64,000 nucleotides of DNA, taken from contig JAYPCE010000003.1 of assembly GCA_038124565.1 (NCBI GenBank), positions 5,910 through 69,909 on the forward strand, read 5' to 3'. Source of the stretch: Poseidonia sp. (GTDB lineage Archaea > Thermoplasmatota > Poseidoniia > Poseidoniales > Poseidoniaceae). The translations under genes and the position numbers were made by a program. The notes beneath the pieces were generated by a model. That model saw only the letters and a list, made by a program, of their open reading frames with translations. It ran no database searches and was not told where the DNA came from. This document shows positions 1-9,325 of the stretch, one piece after another (within the stretch, counting starts at the first letter, position 1; each line of letters opens with the position of its first letter).

Positions 1-246
1 ATAATCTTGAAAACAATCTTCTGCATTTTCAATCATCAGGTGTGCGTCAAAAATGGCGTCTGGCCCCAAGGCCTTGCGAAGGCTGCGAATCACGGGGGGG
101 CCAAAGGTGAGGTTGGGCACGAAGTTCCCGTCCATCACATCGAGGTGCAACCAGTCCAATCCGGCGTCAAGGGCTTCTTGACAGTCGGAGGAAAGGTCAG
201 CAAGGTTGGCTGTGAGGACGCTGGGTGCGATGATCATGGTACCCAT
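1..246 (-). CDS. rpe: Ribulose-phosphate 3-epimerase (5' part; runs off the window edge)
   Basis: Manual minus-strand translation, absent from the ORF track: MGTMIIAPSVLTANLADL...LHLDVMDGNFVPNLTFGPPVIRSLRK...FDAHLMIEN. Shows the canonical APS, HxDVMDGxFVPNLTFG and DxHLM motifs. Confidence 0.95.
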   Translation of the reverse strand, partial: MGTMIIAPSVLTANLADLSSDCQEALDAGLDWLHLDVMDGNFVPNLTFGPPVIRSLRKALGPDAIFDAHLMIENAEDCFQDY

Positions 247-357
247 TGTCACGGCGAAGCGACGCCATTTGAAGAGGCTTGTTATGGGTGAAAGCGCCCA
301 TCACACCACGCACAAATCCCTATAATGCGTCATGAGGAGCGCAAGAATGGTGACCTC

Positions 358-687
358 ATGGGTGAAGTACGACATGTAACGGATGACGAATTTAGCGCTA
401 CCATCAACGATTCTGAATGGGTGATTGTGGATTTCTGGGCTCCTTGGTGTTCACCTTGCAAAGCCATCGGCCCCGTTCTCGATGCGGTAGCTGAAGAACG
501 GGAGATTTTGGTAGCAAAAATCGACACTGACAAGAATGCAGCCACGGCCGGGCAACTCGGCGTCAAAAGCATTCCTGCCTTGTTCATGTACCGAAACGGT
601 ACGATGGTTTCCAGCAAAACGGGCGGTATGCCCAAACCCAAATTATTGGCGTGGATTGACGAAGTCATGAACGCCGATGATTTCTGA
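358..687 (+). CDS. trxA: Thioredoxin
   Basis: VDFWAPWCSPC active site and cis-Pro motif (SIP). A GGTGA Shine-Dalgarno precedes ATG 358. Confidence 0.93.
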   Translation: MGEVRHVTDDEFSATINDSEWVIVDFWAPWCSPCKAIGPVLDAVAEEREILVAKIDTDKNAATAGQLGVKSIPALFMYRNGTMVSSKTGGMPKPKLLAWIDEVMNADDF

Positions 688-688
688 G

Positions 689-2242
689 TTACTTGATGCG
701 TTCCATACGCTCTTGCTTTTGCTCGCCCACGTCGCGTAGCAAACGCTCTCGCAGTGCTTCGTGCAACCACATACCCTCGTCCAACTCCAGTAGCAAACCG
801 TGTTGGAGGAGGTTCGAGGGCGGTGGCCCATTCCATCCGATACTACCCGCCAACTTCTCCCATGGAATTGGTGCATGGGCCACGGCGAGCGTGGCCAACA
901 ACTCTTTTTCTTGCTCGGGCAATCGCGTTAGAATTTCTTCGTCCAAAAATCTCAGCCAGTCTTTGTGGGTGGGCTGACCGTACAGTTCAAGCAATTCCAA
1001 GGCCAAAGGATGGCCTCCAGTAGCCTGATGGATCTCTTCGGCAGCAGGAGATTCAGCGTTATCGAGAGAGAGCAACCACGCTTTAATGGCGTCCAAACTC
1101 AATCCCTTGAGCGGCATTTCACGCACCGTGTTACGAATGTGCACATCGCGTCGGTCGTAAACACTCAACTCCGTTCTCGAAACGAGCACCAACCGCAACG
1201 GTGCTTTTTGGGCGAGTTGCAACAGCGAACCGAGCAGGTGACGCGCATTTTCTGCGATATGGTGCACATCGTCAAGTACGATGAGCCAATAAGGCGGTGG
1301 CCCGCCAGCGCTGTCTTTGAACCGTTCACGAATGGTGTTTGCGTCCGTCATGTATGCCAGCAGACGCCGTCGCCATGCGTCAACGTCCATTTCACCTCCC
1401 GGCGTGAGCGGGAGCGTTTCGATGATGTTGTAGGGGTCATGGGATTCATCGATGCCAAAGCGGTGCAAGAGGCTGGTTGCCAACCCAAGGGCGCGGTCCC
1501 ATGGTTGACAGGTATACCAGCAAATGGAGAGGTAGGGGTCGTCTTCCATGTGTTGTTTCAACCAGTGTGCAACCAAGGTTGATTTTCCAATGCCTGCAAT
1601 ACCGTGGACGACCATGCAGGGGTGACGGTCACGAAACCATCCGTGCAAGGCGTCCAATTCAGCATCACGGCCGTACACAGGTCGGGTAACGGGAGGCTGG
1701 TTGGCGTAGGTTGCGTGAACACCGACCAGCGGTGTCAATCGTCCAGGTTGGGGCACTCCGTCGGCTTGCTCTGCTTTTTTGATGCTTCCAAATCGGATGT
1801 CGCCGTAGGTGAGCACGCCTTCGTGTTGGGCGTGTAAGAGAATTTGCAACAGGCTCAATTCTGTGGCCAACAACTCCGAGACTTCAGCGGCCTTCACTTC
1901 CAACAAGTCTCCGTCAAGATTTCGCACCAAGACCTTGGTTGAGTCCAACGCGGCTCGCCGCTGTTGGGCTTGAAGCCTGCCTTCATCGGTGAGTTGCCAT
2001 GTTTTTTGGCGGCGCTCATCACCTTGAACTGCTCGTGTGTGCTCTTCAACCAACGCCTCTCTCAACAAATCTCGCATCGTTCGGCTGACATTTGGGGGGT
2101 GTTGGGCACATGCTTCGGCGATGCCTGGGCGCGTCAAGGCGGGCGGGACCATGTAGCGGTCGGCCCATTGGTCGTTGGCTAAGAGGTGAAGCAGCACCCT
2201 GTCTTTGGCGGCGACGTTCACCTTCGGAATGTCACCGGCCAT
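689..2242 (-). CDS. wHTH (MarR-like) plus STAND/NB-ARC-like P-loop ATPase
   Basis: N-terminal LTRPGIAEACAQHPPNVSRTMRDL...WQLTDEG (wHTH), then VYGRDAEL, Walker A GIAGIGKST, Walker B WLIVLDD, sensor LVSR and GxP motif GGHPLALEL. Start placed at MAGDIP, because the track's longer start overlaps the divergent gene. Confidence 0.8.
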   Translation of the reverse strand: MAGDIPKVNVAAKDRVLLHLLANDQWADRYMVPPALTRPGIAEACAQHPPNVSRTMRDLLREALVEEHTRAVQGDERRQKTWQLTDEGRLQAQQRRAALDSTKVLVRNLDGDLLEVKAAEVSELLATELSLLQILLHAQHEGVLTYGDIRFGSIKKAEQADGVPQPGRLTPLVGVHATYANQPPVTRPVYGRDAELDALHGWFRDRHPCMVVHGIAGIGKSTLVAHWLKQHMEDDPYLSICWYTCQPWDRALGLATSLLHRFGIDESHDPYNIIETLPLTPGGEMDVDAWRRRLLAYMTDANTIRERFKDSAGGPPPYWLIVLDDVHHIAENARHLLGSLLQLAQKAPLRLVLVSRTELSVYDRRDVHIRNTVREMPLKGLSLDAIKAWLLSLDNAESPAAEEIHQATGGHPLALELLELYGQPTHKDWLRFLDEEILTRLPEQEKELLATLAVAHAPIPWEKLAGSIGWNGPPPSNLLQHGLLLELDEGMWLHEALRERLLRDVGEQKQERMERIK

Positions 2243-2369
2243 GATGCTTGGTGAGGGTTTTGCTTGTTCAACGCTTGCCTGTTTGGTATGCGAAGTTTTC
2301 GTCGCGGTCGTTGATGCAAAAGTGCGCGTATAGACAACAACCCTTTTATGCACATGAGGATGGGAAATC

Positions 2370-5300
2370 ATGGCGAAAAACTCGGATTTGACATCACTTA
2401 ACCTCCGGACCTTTTCTTTGGTGTTGTGCGGCCTGATGTTGCTCTCAGCCATGCCCTTGGTGAGCGGCGCAGATTCCGATGGAGACGGGTTTGAAGACAG
2501 CGTTGATGACTGTCCATGGGCTTATGGAACATCGACCGTGGACAAGGATGGCTGTCCTGATCGTGACGGGGATGGCACGTCAGATGGAGCGGATGGTTGG
2601 ACCTCCAACAACCCAAATTTCAGCGAAGAATTTCACATCTCCAATCTCAATGCATACAGTATTGATCACAACGCTGACGGAACGCTTGCTGTCGCAGCCG
2701 TTGACGACCGTGTACGTATTTACAACGCTTCCACCTACACCACCGTTGTTTCCTCAGCCGACCTTGTTGATGGCAACAACGCCTACGTGACCAGCGTTGA
2801 CTGGAGCCCCGATGACATGTACGTCGCTGCGACCCTAACCGACGACACGGCCGTTGTCATGTGGGCGAGCAACCTCACGGTGATTCACGACGGCATCACG
2901 CATTCGGGCGATACCCGAACCTTCTCTGATGTCGCCTTCATGACCAACAGCACGTCGTTTGCTGTGGTGGACGAGAACGGTGGCGGCTGGGGCGGTGGAA
3001 ACTGCAACGGTTGTGCCGTGATGCTGGTGAGCGTGGAAGACGGCCAAATCTGGCGAGAGGTCAAGCCTGCAGGCAACAGCGGTTCGTATTCATCGGTCAC
3101 CTTTTCTCCAGACGGCAGCGTTATGGCCGTTGGTGGTGACGGCAATGCCTACCTCATTGAGACCAACAACTGGACCACGCTTCGAGCCCTCAATCCAGGA
3201 ACCGGGGAAAACGTCAACGGCATTGAGTTCTCACCGGATGGCACGATGGTGGGCTTGTGCACCCAAGCCAACATGAACGGCGCTCGCCTCCGAGCGTTCA
3301 ACACGGCGACGGGCGCTTCCATGCTCGACAAAACCTCCACGAGCTCATGCTATGGCGTTGATGTCTCTCCAGACAACACCCAAGTCGCCTACGCCATCGG
3401 CTACTACAGCACCGACGGGGGCTCGGTGCTGGTGTATGAACATACCACGGGCTTGTTGGTTGACCGCATCCAACTCGCACGCGGCAACAATGCGTGTTCG
3501 CAATTTGGTGGTCAGAATCCCTGCGGCGATGTGAACGGCGTTTCGTGGCATCCAGATGGGTACCACATCGTTGCTGCGGTTGACAGAAATTACGAGGGTG
3601 TGTACTTCCTGTTTGCTGATATCGACCCCGATAATGACGGTTACAACTCCACCGACCAGGGCGATGGTATCGTTGATGACTTCCCCGACGATGGCACCCA
3701 ATGGACCGATACGGACGGCGACGGCTACGGCGACAACCCAGCTCCAGCCAACCAACCCGATGCGTGCATCTCCGTCGCTGGTACGTCAACCGAAGACCGA
3801 TACGGATGCCCTGACGCTGACGGCGACGGATGGTCGGATGCCGGAGATTGGGCACCGTACAACCCCGACCAGTGGGTTGATGCTGATGGTGACGGCTACG
3901 GTGACAATTACCTGTACGAGGTAAATGAATACCAGTTCCATGTGAACCAGTCCGGTGATGCGTTCCCCAACGATGCAACCCAATGGAACGACACGGATGG
4001 CGACGGCTACGGTGACAATTACGAGAACGCCTCATGGACCTCCTATCGCCCAAGTGAATGGCCTGGCGTCTTGTTGACCTCAGCCAACGAACCAGACGCC
4101 TTCCCTCTTGACCGAACGCAGTACATGGACACAGATGGAGATTGGGTCGGCGACAACCCGAACAGCGATCGTGCTGATTTGTGCCCCAACCAATGGGGTG
4201 ATTCCCAGTACGACCGTCTCGGTTGTCCAGATGCTGACGGCGATGGGTACTCCGACCCCGATGCGGGGTGGCCAGCAACCACCGATTGCTTCGGAGCCGA
4301 TGCGTTCCCCGACGATCCTACGCAATGGTGCGATGAAGACAACGATGGATACGGGAGCAACGCCAACGGGAACAACCCCGATGATTGCCCTTCATCGGCC
4401 GGCACATCGTACATTGACCGAGCTGGTTGTGCCGACCGAGACGGCGATGGGTATTCCAACGCAGGCGACCCCTTCCCGGATGACCCAACGCAGTGGTCGG
4501 ACCGAGACGGCGATAACCGCGGCGACAACGCCAGCGGCAACAATCCCGACGCGTTCCCAGACGACACCTCGCAATGGAAGGACACCGACGGTGACGGTTA
4601 CGGCGACAATCCAGGAGGCAACAACGGGGACGCGTTCCCGACCGATTCGACGCAGTGGAGTGATGAGGACGGCGATGGCTACGGTGACAACGCTGAAGGA
4701 ACCGATGGAGACGTCTGCCCGATGGATTACGGTGAATCTCAGGAGCCCCTCAGCCGAGGATGTCCTGACAGCGATTTGGACGGCGTCACCGACCCGCTCG
4801 ATGCCTTCCCGAACGATCCTTTCCAGTGGGCCGATACCGATGGTGACGGCTATGGTGACAACACCAATGTCCCAAGCGGGGACGACTGTGTTGAAGAGTT
4901 TGGAAAATCGTTTGAAGAAGGTCGACAGGGTTGCCCCGACGCAGACTTGGACGGCTATGCTGATGTTGACGATGCCTTCCCAACCGACCACGAACAATGG
5001 GTGGACACCGATGGCGATGGCTATGGTGACAACTACTTCTGGGAGAACATCACGGTAGAAGATTCCGAAAACCCAGGCATGTTCATCACGTTGCGTGAAC
5101 AACGGGGCGACGCATTCCCCGATATTGCTTCGCAGTGGTCGGATATCGATGGTGATGGCTGGGGCGATAACACCAACAGTTCAAATCGCGTGGACAGTTT
5201 CCCGTTGCGCAACAGTCAATGGCTTGACTTTGACGGTGATGGCTTCGGCGATAATGTCACGGGTTACCAACCCGACATGTGTCAAAAAGTTCCCGGGACA

Positions 5301-5816
5301 TCAACTTCTGGCTTGGAGGAAGAATGGTATGGCTGTCCCGATGCTGATAGCGACGGTGTTGCCGATGATGCCGATGCCTGTCCATGGGACCCAGCATACT
5401 CGCTTGCGGCTGACAAGACCAAATGCACCATTACCAAAGATCCCAGTGCAAGCGGTAGCGAGGAGAACTCGGGCACCTTCTTGAGCGGAGAAACGAACAC
5501 CTTGGTCTGGATGGGCGGCGTGATTATCTTCATGCTCGCCCTCATCATCGTCGCTCAAGTTTCACGGGCTGCTGGAAAGCGCAAGGCGGTGGCGGCCAAG
5601 CGAGAGGAGATGATGGTCCAAGCCTCATTTGCCGAGGAAGAGGAACGCCGTCAAGCATGGATTCAGCATTACATTGCTGAAGGGAATTACGCCGAAGCCC
5701 GAGCCTTAGGGTGGGAAGGTACGGAAGGCTTGCCTGAGTGGAAACAATACGAGATGCAGCAGCAAGCCGCGCAAGAAGCAGCCATTCCCTCCATGTTGGA
5801 TTTGGACAGCCCCTAG
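2370..5816 (+). CDS. Cell-surface protein: signal peptide, WD40-like beta-propeller, TSP3-like Ca-binding repeats, TM helix, cytoplasmic tail
   Basis: Repeated WSPDD/FSPDG/WHPDG blades, many DxDGDGYGDN/DAFPxDxTQW repeats, and a C-terminal hydrophobic helix (LVWMGGVIIFMLALIIV). Confidence 0.88.
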   Translation: MAKNSDLTSLNLRTFSLVLCGLMLLSAMPLVSGADSDGDGFEDSVDDCPWAYGTSTVDKDGCPDRDGDGTSDGADGWTSNNPNFSEEFHISNLNAYSIDHNADGTLAVAAVDDRVRIYNASTYTTVVSSADLVDGNNAYVTSVDWSPDDMYVAATLTDDTAVVMWASNLTVIHDGITHSGDTRTFSDVAFMTNSTSFAVVDENGGGWGGGNCNGCAVMLVSVEDGQIWREVKPAGNSGSYSSVTFSPDGSVMAVGGDGNAYLIETNNWTTLRALNPGTGENVNGIEFSPDGTMVGLCTQANMNGARLRAFNTATGASMLDKTSTSSCYGVDVSPDNTQVAYAIGYYSTDGGSVLVYEHTTGLLVDRIQLARGNNACSQFGGQNPCGDVNGVSWHPDGYHIVAAVDRNYEGVYFLFADIDPDNDGYNSTDQGDGIVDDFPDDGTQWTDTDGDGYGDNPAPANQPDACISVAGTSTEDRYGCPDADGDGWSDAGDWAPYNPDQWVDADGDGYGDNYLYEVNEYQFHVNQSGDAFPNDATQWNDTDGDGYGDNYENASWTSYRPSEWPGVLLTSANEPDAFPLDRTQYMDTDGDWVGDNPNSDRADLCPNQWGDSQYDRLGCPDADGDGYSDPDAGWPATTDCFGADAFPDDPTQWCDEDNDGYGSNANGNNPDDCPSSAGTSYIDRAGCADRDGDGYSNAGDPFPDDPTQWSDRDGDNRGDNASGNNPDAFPDDTSQWKDTDGDGYGDNPGGNNGDAFPTDSTQWSDEDGDGYGDNAEGTDGDVCPMDYGESQEPLSRGCPDSDLDGVTDPLDAFPNDPFQWADTDGDGYGDNTNVPSGDDCVEEFGKSFEEGRQGCPDADLDGYADVDDAFPTDHEQWVDTDGDGYGDNYFWENITVEDSENPGMFITLREQRGDAFPDIASQWSDIDGDGWGDNTNSSNRVDSFPLRNSQWLDFDGDGFGDNVTGYQPDMCQKVPGTSTSGLEEEWYGCPDADSDGVADDADACPWDPAYSLAADKTKCTITKDPSASGSEENSGTFLSGETNTLVWMGGVIIFMLALIIVAQVSRAAGKRKAVAAKREEMMVQASFAEEEERRQAWIQHYIAEGNYAEARALGWEGTEGLPEWKQYEMQQQAAQEAAIPSMLDLDSP

Positions 5817-5866
5817 CCTTCCAAATTCCAACAATTTTGATATATTATACGTTATTGTCGCTGTGC

Positions 5867-8800
5867 ATGGTTCGCCTTCAAGCGGTCAGCATCATCTGCT
5901 TTCTGCTCCTGCAAACGGCGGTTCTACCCACGGCTGGAGCAGTGGATGCAGACGGCGATGGCATTGACGATGCATTGGATGACTGCCCCCACGCATCGGG
6001 CGATTCCACGGTGGATCGTCAAGGCTGCCCCGACAAAGACGGTGATGGGCGTTCGGACCTCAACGATGCATGGACTTCACGGTACCCAAGTTTCTCTCTT
6101 GATGCAACACTCACCGCGACGACCGATGTGTTTGATGCAGCCTATTCTCCTACGGGCGAGTTCGTTGCCATTCGTGAAAATCAATATGTGAAAATCTACA
6201 ACGTTTCTACCCAAACGTTGCTCCAGACCAGCGCTCAAATTTCGAGTTCGTGGTGGGGCAACCGCTTATCTTGGAGTCCCGATGGCACCATGCTCGCGGC
6301 CTCCATTTCCTCAGGCGTCAACATTTACTGGACCTCAAACCTCACCGAAATCCAAACGGCCATTGCCCCCACTGACCCAGGAACCGTGCGCGATGTGGCG
6401 TTTTTTCCCAATGGCAGCGGCTTCATTGCAGTAGGAGAAGGGTGGGGGTCCAACAGTGGGAAGGTCTACGCAGCCAATGCGGTGAACGGTACGATCTGGC
6501 ATTCCTTCCAACCCAACAACGAGTCGTCCTTCTCCTCCGTCGCCCTCTCTCCCGATGGAAGCCGTGCTGCAGTTGGCGGAGATGGCGTCGTTTATGTCAT
6601 CAACACCTCTTCGTGGCAGGTGACCCGAACCATCAACCATGGCTCACAAAATGTAAGGGGCGTGGATATTTCTCCCGACGGGAATTGGATCAGTGCCTGC
6701 GATGATACGGGGCTTGCCTACCAAAGCACAGTTCTTCGGGTCTGGGGCTTGGACAACGGGACCCAAGTCATGGCCAAAACCGGGACTTCCCGATGCAGCG
6801 AGACCCGGTTCTCACCTGATGGAAGTCAAGTAGGGTATTCCTTCCACTTTTACACCGATGACGCTGCATCGGTGACCATCTATCACATCAACTCGAATTC
6901 ATTGGTGACCCGCCTGAGTGCTCGGCCCACAGGCGACCCATGCACCGACACAACTGCGCCCCCGAATGTATGTGGGAGAATGTACGGGTTTGACTGGCAC
7001 CCCAACGGGTTGGACATTATCTCGGTGATGGGGCAAGACAACGAAGGCGTGTATTTCTGGTCGTCCAATTTGGACCCCGACAACGACGGGTGGAACACCT
7101 CCGACCAAGGGGACGGCAGAGTGGATGCCTTCCCCGATGAATCAACCCAATGGAACGACACAGATAGCGACGGGTACGGTGATAACCCTTCGCCAGCCTT
7201 CCAACCCGATGCTTGTCCGTCTGTTCAAGGAAATTCAACCGAGGACAGGTTTGGTTGTCCAGATGGCGATGGTGACGGTTGGTCGGATGCAGGCGACTGG
7301 GCGCCCAACGATGCTTTGCAGTGGCTTGACACTGATGGGGACGGTCATGGAGACAACTACCACTTTGAATTGGACGCCTATCAATTCCATCTCAACCAGA
7401 CCGGCGATGCCTTCCCCAACGATCCAACCCAGTGGAACGATACTGATGGTGACGGCTACGGGGATAACTTTGCGAATGCATCATGGACAACATACAGACC
7501 CGTAACATGGCCAGGAGAGTGGCTGAGCGTCGCTGTCATGCCAGATACTTTCCCCCTTGACCGTACGCAATGGAACGATACTGACGGAGATTGGTACGGT
7601 GACAACCAATTTGGCTCTCGTGTGGATGCGTGCCCTACCGAATGGGGCGATTCAGAAGTGGACCGCTTGGGTTGCAAGGATAGCGATGGGGACGGCTATT
7701 CTGACCCGACGATGGATTGGCCGGCTACCACAGATTGCTACGGGGCCGATGCTTTCCAAAACGATGCCACGCAGTGGTGTGATGAGGACAACGATGGGTT
7801 TGGTAGCAACCCCAACGGCAACACGCCCGATGATTGCCCGTCAACGGCAGGAACATCAACGATTGACCGATATGGTTGCGCAGACCGTGACGGCGATGGA
7901 TATTCCAACGCAGGTGACCCATTTCCCGATGACCCCACTCAATGGTCGGACCGAGACGGTGACAACCGCGGGGATAATGCCAGCGGAAACAACCCCGACG
8001 CTTTCCCTGACGACACCTCGCAATGGAAGGACAGCGACGATGATGGCTACGGAGACAACCCAGGAGGGACCAACGGAGACACATACCCAAATGACCCGAC
8101 CCAATGGAGCGATACAGACGGTGATGGATACGGCGACAATCCAAACGGAACTGAGGGCGATGTGTGTCCACTCGAATACGGCGAATCCTTTGATGAAGAC
8201 ACCCGGGGTTGTCCCGACAGCGATCTTGACGGTGTGACCGACCCGTTGGACGTGTTTCCCGATGACCCGTTCCAATGGGCCGATGCTGACGGTGATGGGT
8301 ACGGTGACAACACGAACGTACCGAGTGGTGATGCATGTGTTGAGGTCTTTGGGACCTCGACTGAAGCCGGTCGTTTAGGGTGTCCCGATAGCGATGTTGA
8401 CGGATATGCTGACCTTGATGATGCGTTCCCTAACGATCCTGAACAGTGGACGGACACCGATGGCGATGGTTACGGTGACAATTACTTCTGGGAAAACACC
8501 ACTGTAGAAGACAGCGAAAACCCTGGAATGTACATCACCCTGCGTGACCAGCGCGGTGACGCCTTCCCAGAGATCGCTACCCAATGGTCCGACATGGATG
8601 GTGACGGTTGGGGCGATAACGACAACAGCTCCAACCGAGTAGATAACTTCCCGCTCCGCGCTTCGCAATGGCTTGATTTTGACGGAGATGGGTACGGTGA
8701 CAATGCCGTGATGGGCGCCTATCAACCGGACGCTTGTCCGCTCGTTCCTGGGACATCGGTCACTGGTCTTGATGCGGTTTACTTCGGGTGTCCCGATGCT

Positions 8801-9268
8801 GATAACGACGGCGTTTCCGATGATGCAGACCAGTGCCCTTGGGACCCTATGTACGCCACCTTGGCTGACAAAGCGAAGTGCACCATTCTCTCCGACCCGA
8901 CCTTGATGTCAAACGAAGAATATGCAGATGACTTGGCCGGTGGCGGTAACTTGCTCCTGTACGTTGGCGGCATCATTGCGTTCTTGCTGGCCCTGAACAT
9001 CGTCGCCCAAGTCTCGCGGGCGGCTGGGGCGCGAAAAGCGGTCGCCACACGCGAAGAAGAAGAACGACTGAAAGCAGAAGCAAACGATGAGGAAGAGCGA
9101 CGCCAAGCATGGATTCAACATTATATCAGCCAAGGGAACTTTGCTGAAGCCAGAGCGCTAGGTTGGGAAGGTACCGAGGGGTTGCCTGAGTGGAAACACT
9201 ATGAAATGCAGCAACAAGAAGCCCAAGAAGCATCCATTCCTCAGATGTTTGACCTCGATAATCTGTGA
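5867..9268 (+). CDS. Tandem paralogue of the preceding WD40/TSP3 surface protein
   Basis: Same domain order with collinear TSP3 repeats and a near-identical C-terminal tail. ATG 5867 begins a signal peptide. Confidence 0.88.
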   Translation: MVRLQAVSIICFLLLQTAVLPTAGAVDADGDGIDDALDDCPHASGDSTVDRQGCPDKDGDGRSDLNDAWTSRYPSFSLDATLTATTDVFDAAYSPTGEFVAIRENQYVKIYNVSTQTLLQTSAQISSSWWGNRLSWSPDGTMLAASISSGVNIYWTSNLTEIQTAIAPTDPGTVRDVAFFPNGSGFIAVGEGWGSNSGKVYAANAVNGTIWHSFQPNNESSFSSVALSPDGSRAAVGGDGVVYVINTSSWQVTRTINHGSQNVRGVDISPDGNWISACDDTGLAYQSTVLRVWGLDNGTQVMAKTGTSRCSETRFSPDGSQVGYSFHFYTDDAASVTIYHINSNSLVTRLSARPTGDPCTDTTAPPNVCGRMYGFDWHPNGLDIISVMGQDNEGVYFWSSNLDPDNDGWNTSDQGDGRVDAFPDESTQWNDTDSDGYGDNPSPAFQPDACPSVQGNSTEDRFGCPDGDGDGWSDAGDWAPNDALQWLDTDGDGHGDNYHFELDAYQFHLNQTGDAFPNDPTQWNDTDGDGYGDNFANASWTTYRPVTWPGEWLSVAVMPDTFPLDRTQWNDTDGDWYGDNQFGSRVDACPTEWGDSEVDRLGCKDSDGDGYSDPTMDWPATTDCYGADAFQNDATQWCDEDNDGFGSNPNGNTPDDCPSTAGTSTIDRYGCADRDGDGYSNAGDPFPDDPTQWSDRDGDNRGDNASGNNPDAFPDDTSQWKDSDDDGYGDNPGGTNGDTYPNDPTQWSDTDGDGYGDNPNGTEGDVCPLEYGESFDEDTRGCPDSDLDGVTDPLDVFPDDPFQWADADGDGYGDNTNVPSGDACVEVFGTSTEAGRLGCPDSDVDGYADLDDAFPNDPEQWTDTDGDGYGDNYFWENTTVEDSENPGMYITLRDQRGDAFPEIATQWSDMDGDGWGDNDNSSNRVDNFPLRASQWLDFDGDGYGDNAVMGAYQPDACPLVPGTSVTGLDAVYFGCPDADNDGVSDDADQCPWDPMYATLADKAKCTILSDPTLMSNEEYADDLAGGGNLLLYVGGIIAFLLALNIVAQVSRAAGARKAVATREEEERLKAEANDEEERRQAWIQHYISQGNFAEARALGWEGTEGLPEWKHYEMQQQEAQEASIPQMFDLDNL

Positions 9269-9325
9269 TTTTTACGCATGGTTTGCACCGCTGTCCTTTC
9301 AAAGGGGAAGCGACCATGTTTTCAC

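Noticed and set aside
7..291. Track ORF of 94 aa on the plus strand
   Set aside because: It is the antisense shadow of rpe.
430..465. WCSPC rather than WCGPC in thioredoxin
   Set aside because: This is within normal thioredoxin variation.
4430..8030. Recent gene conversion or a diversity-generating retroelement between the paralogues
   Set aside because: Identical peptide blocks differ at many synonymous sites. I saw no adenine-specific pattern and no reverse transcriptase.
3620..8850. Recurring GACGG(C/T)GA(C/T)GG...GG(C/T)GACAAC motifs as a CRISPR array or DNA repeat
   Set aside because: They are in frame, vary at third codon positions and encode TSP3 repeats. There is no constant repeat/spacer pattern and no cas gene.
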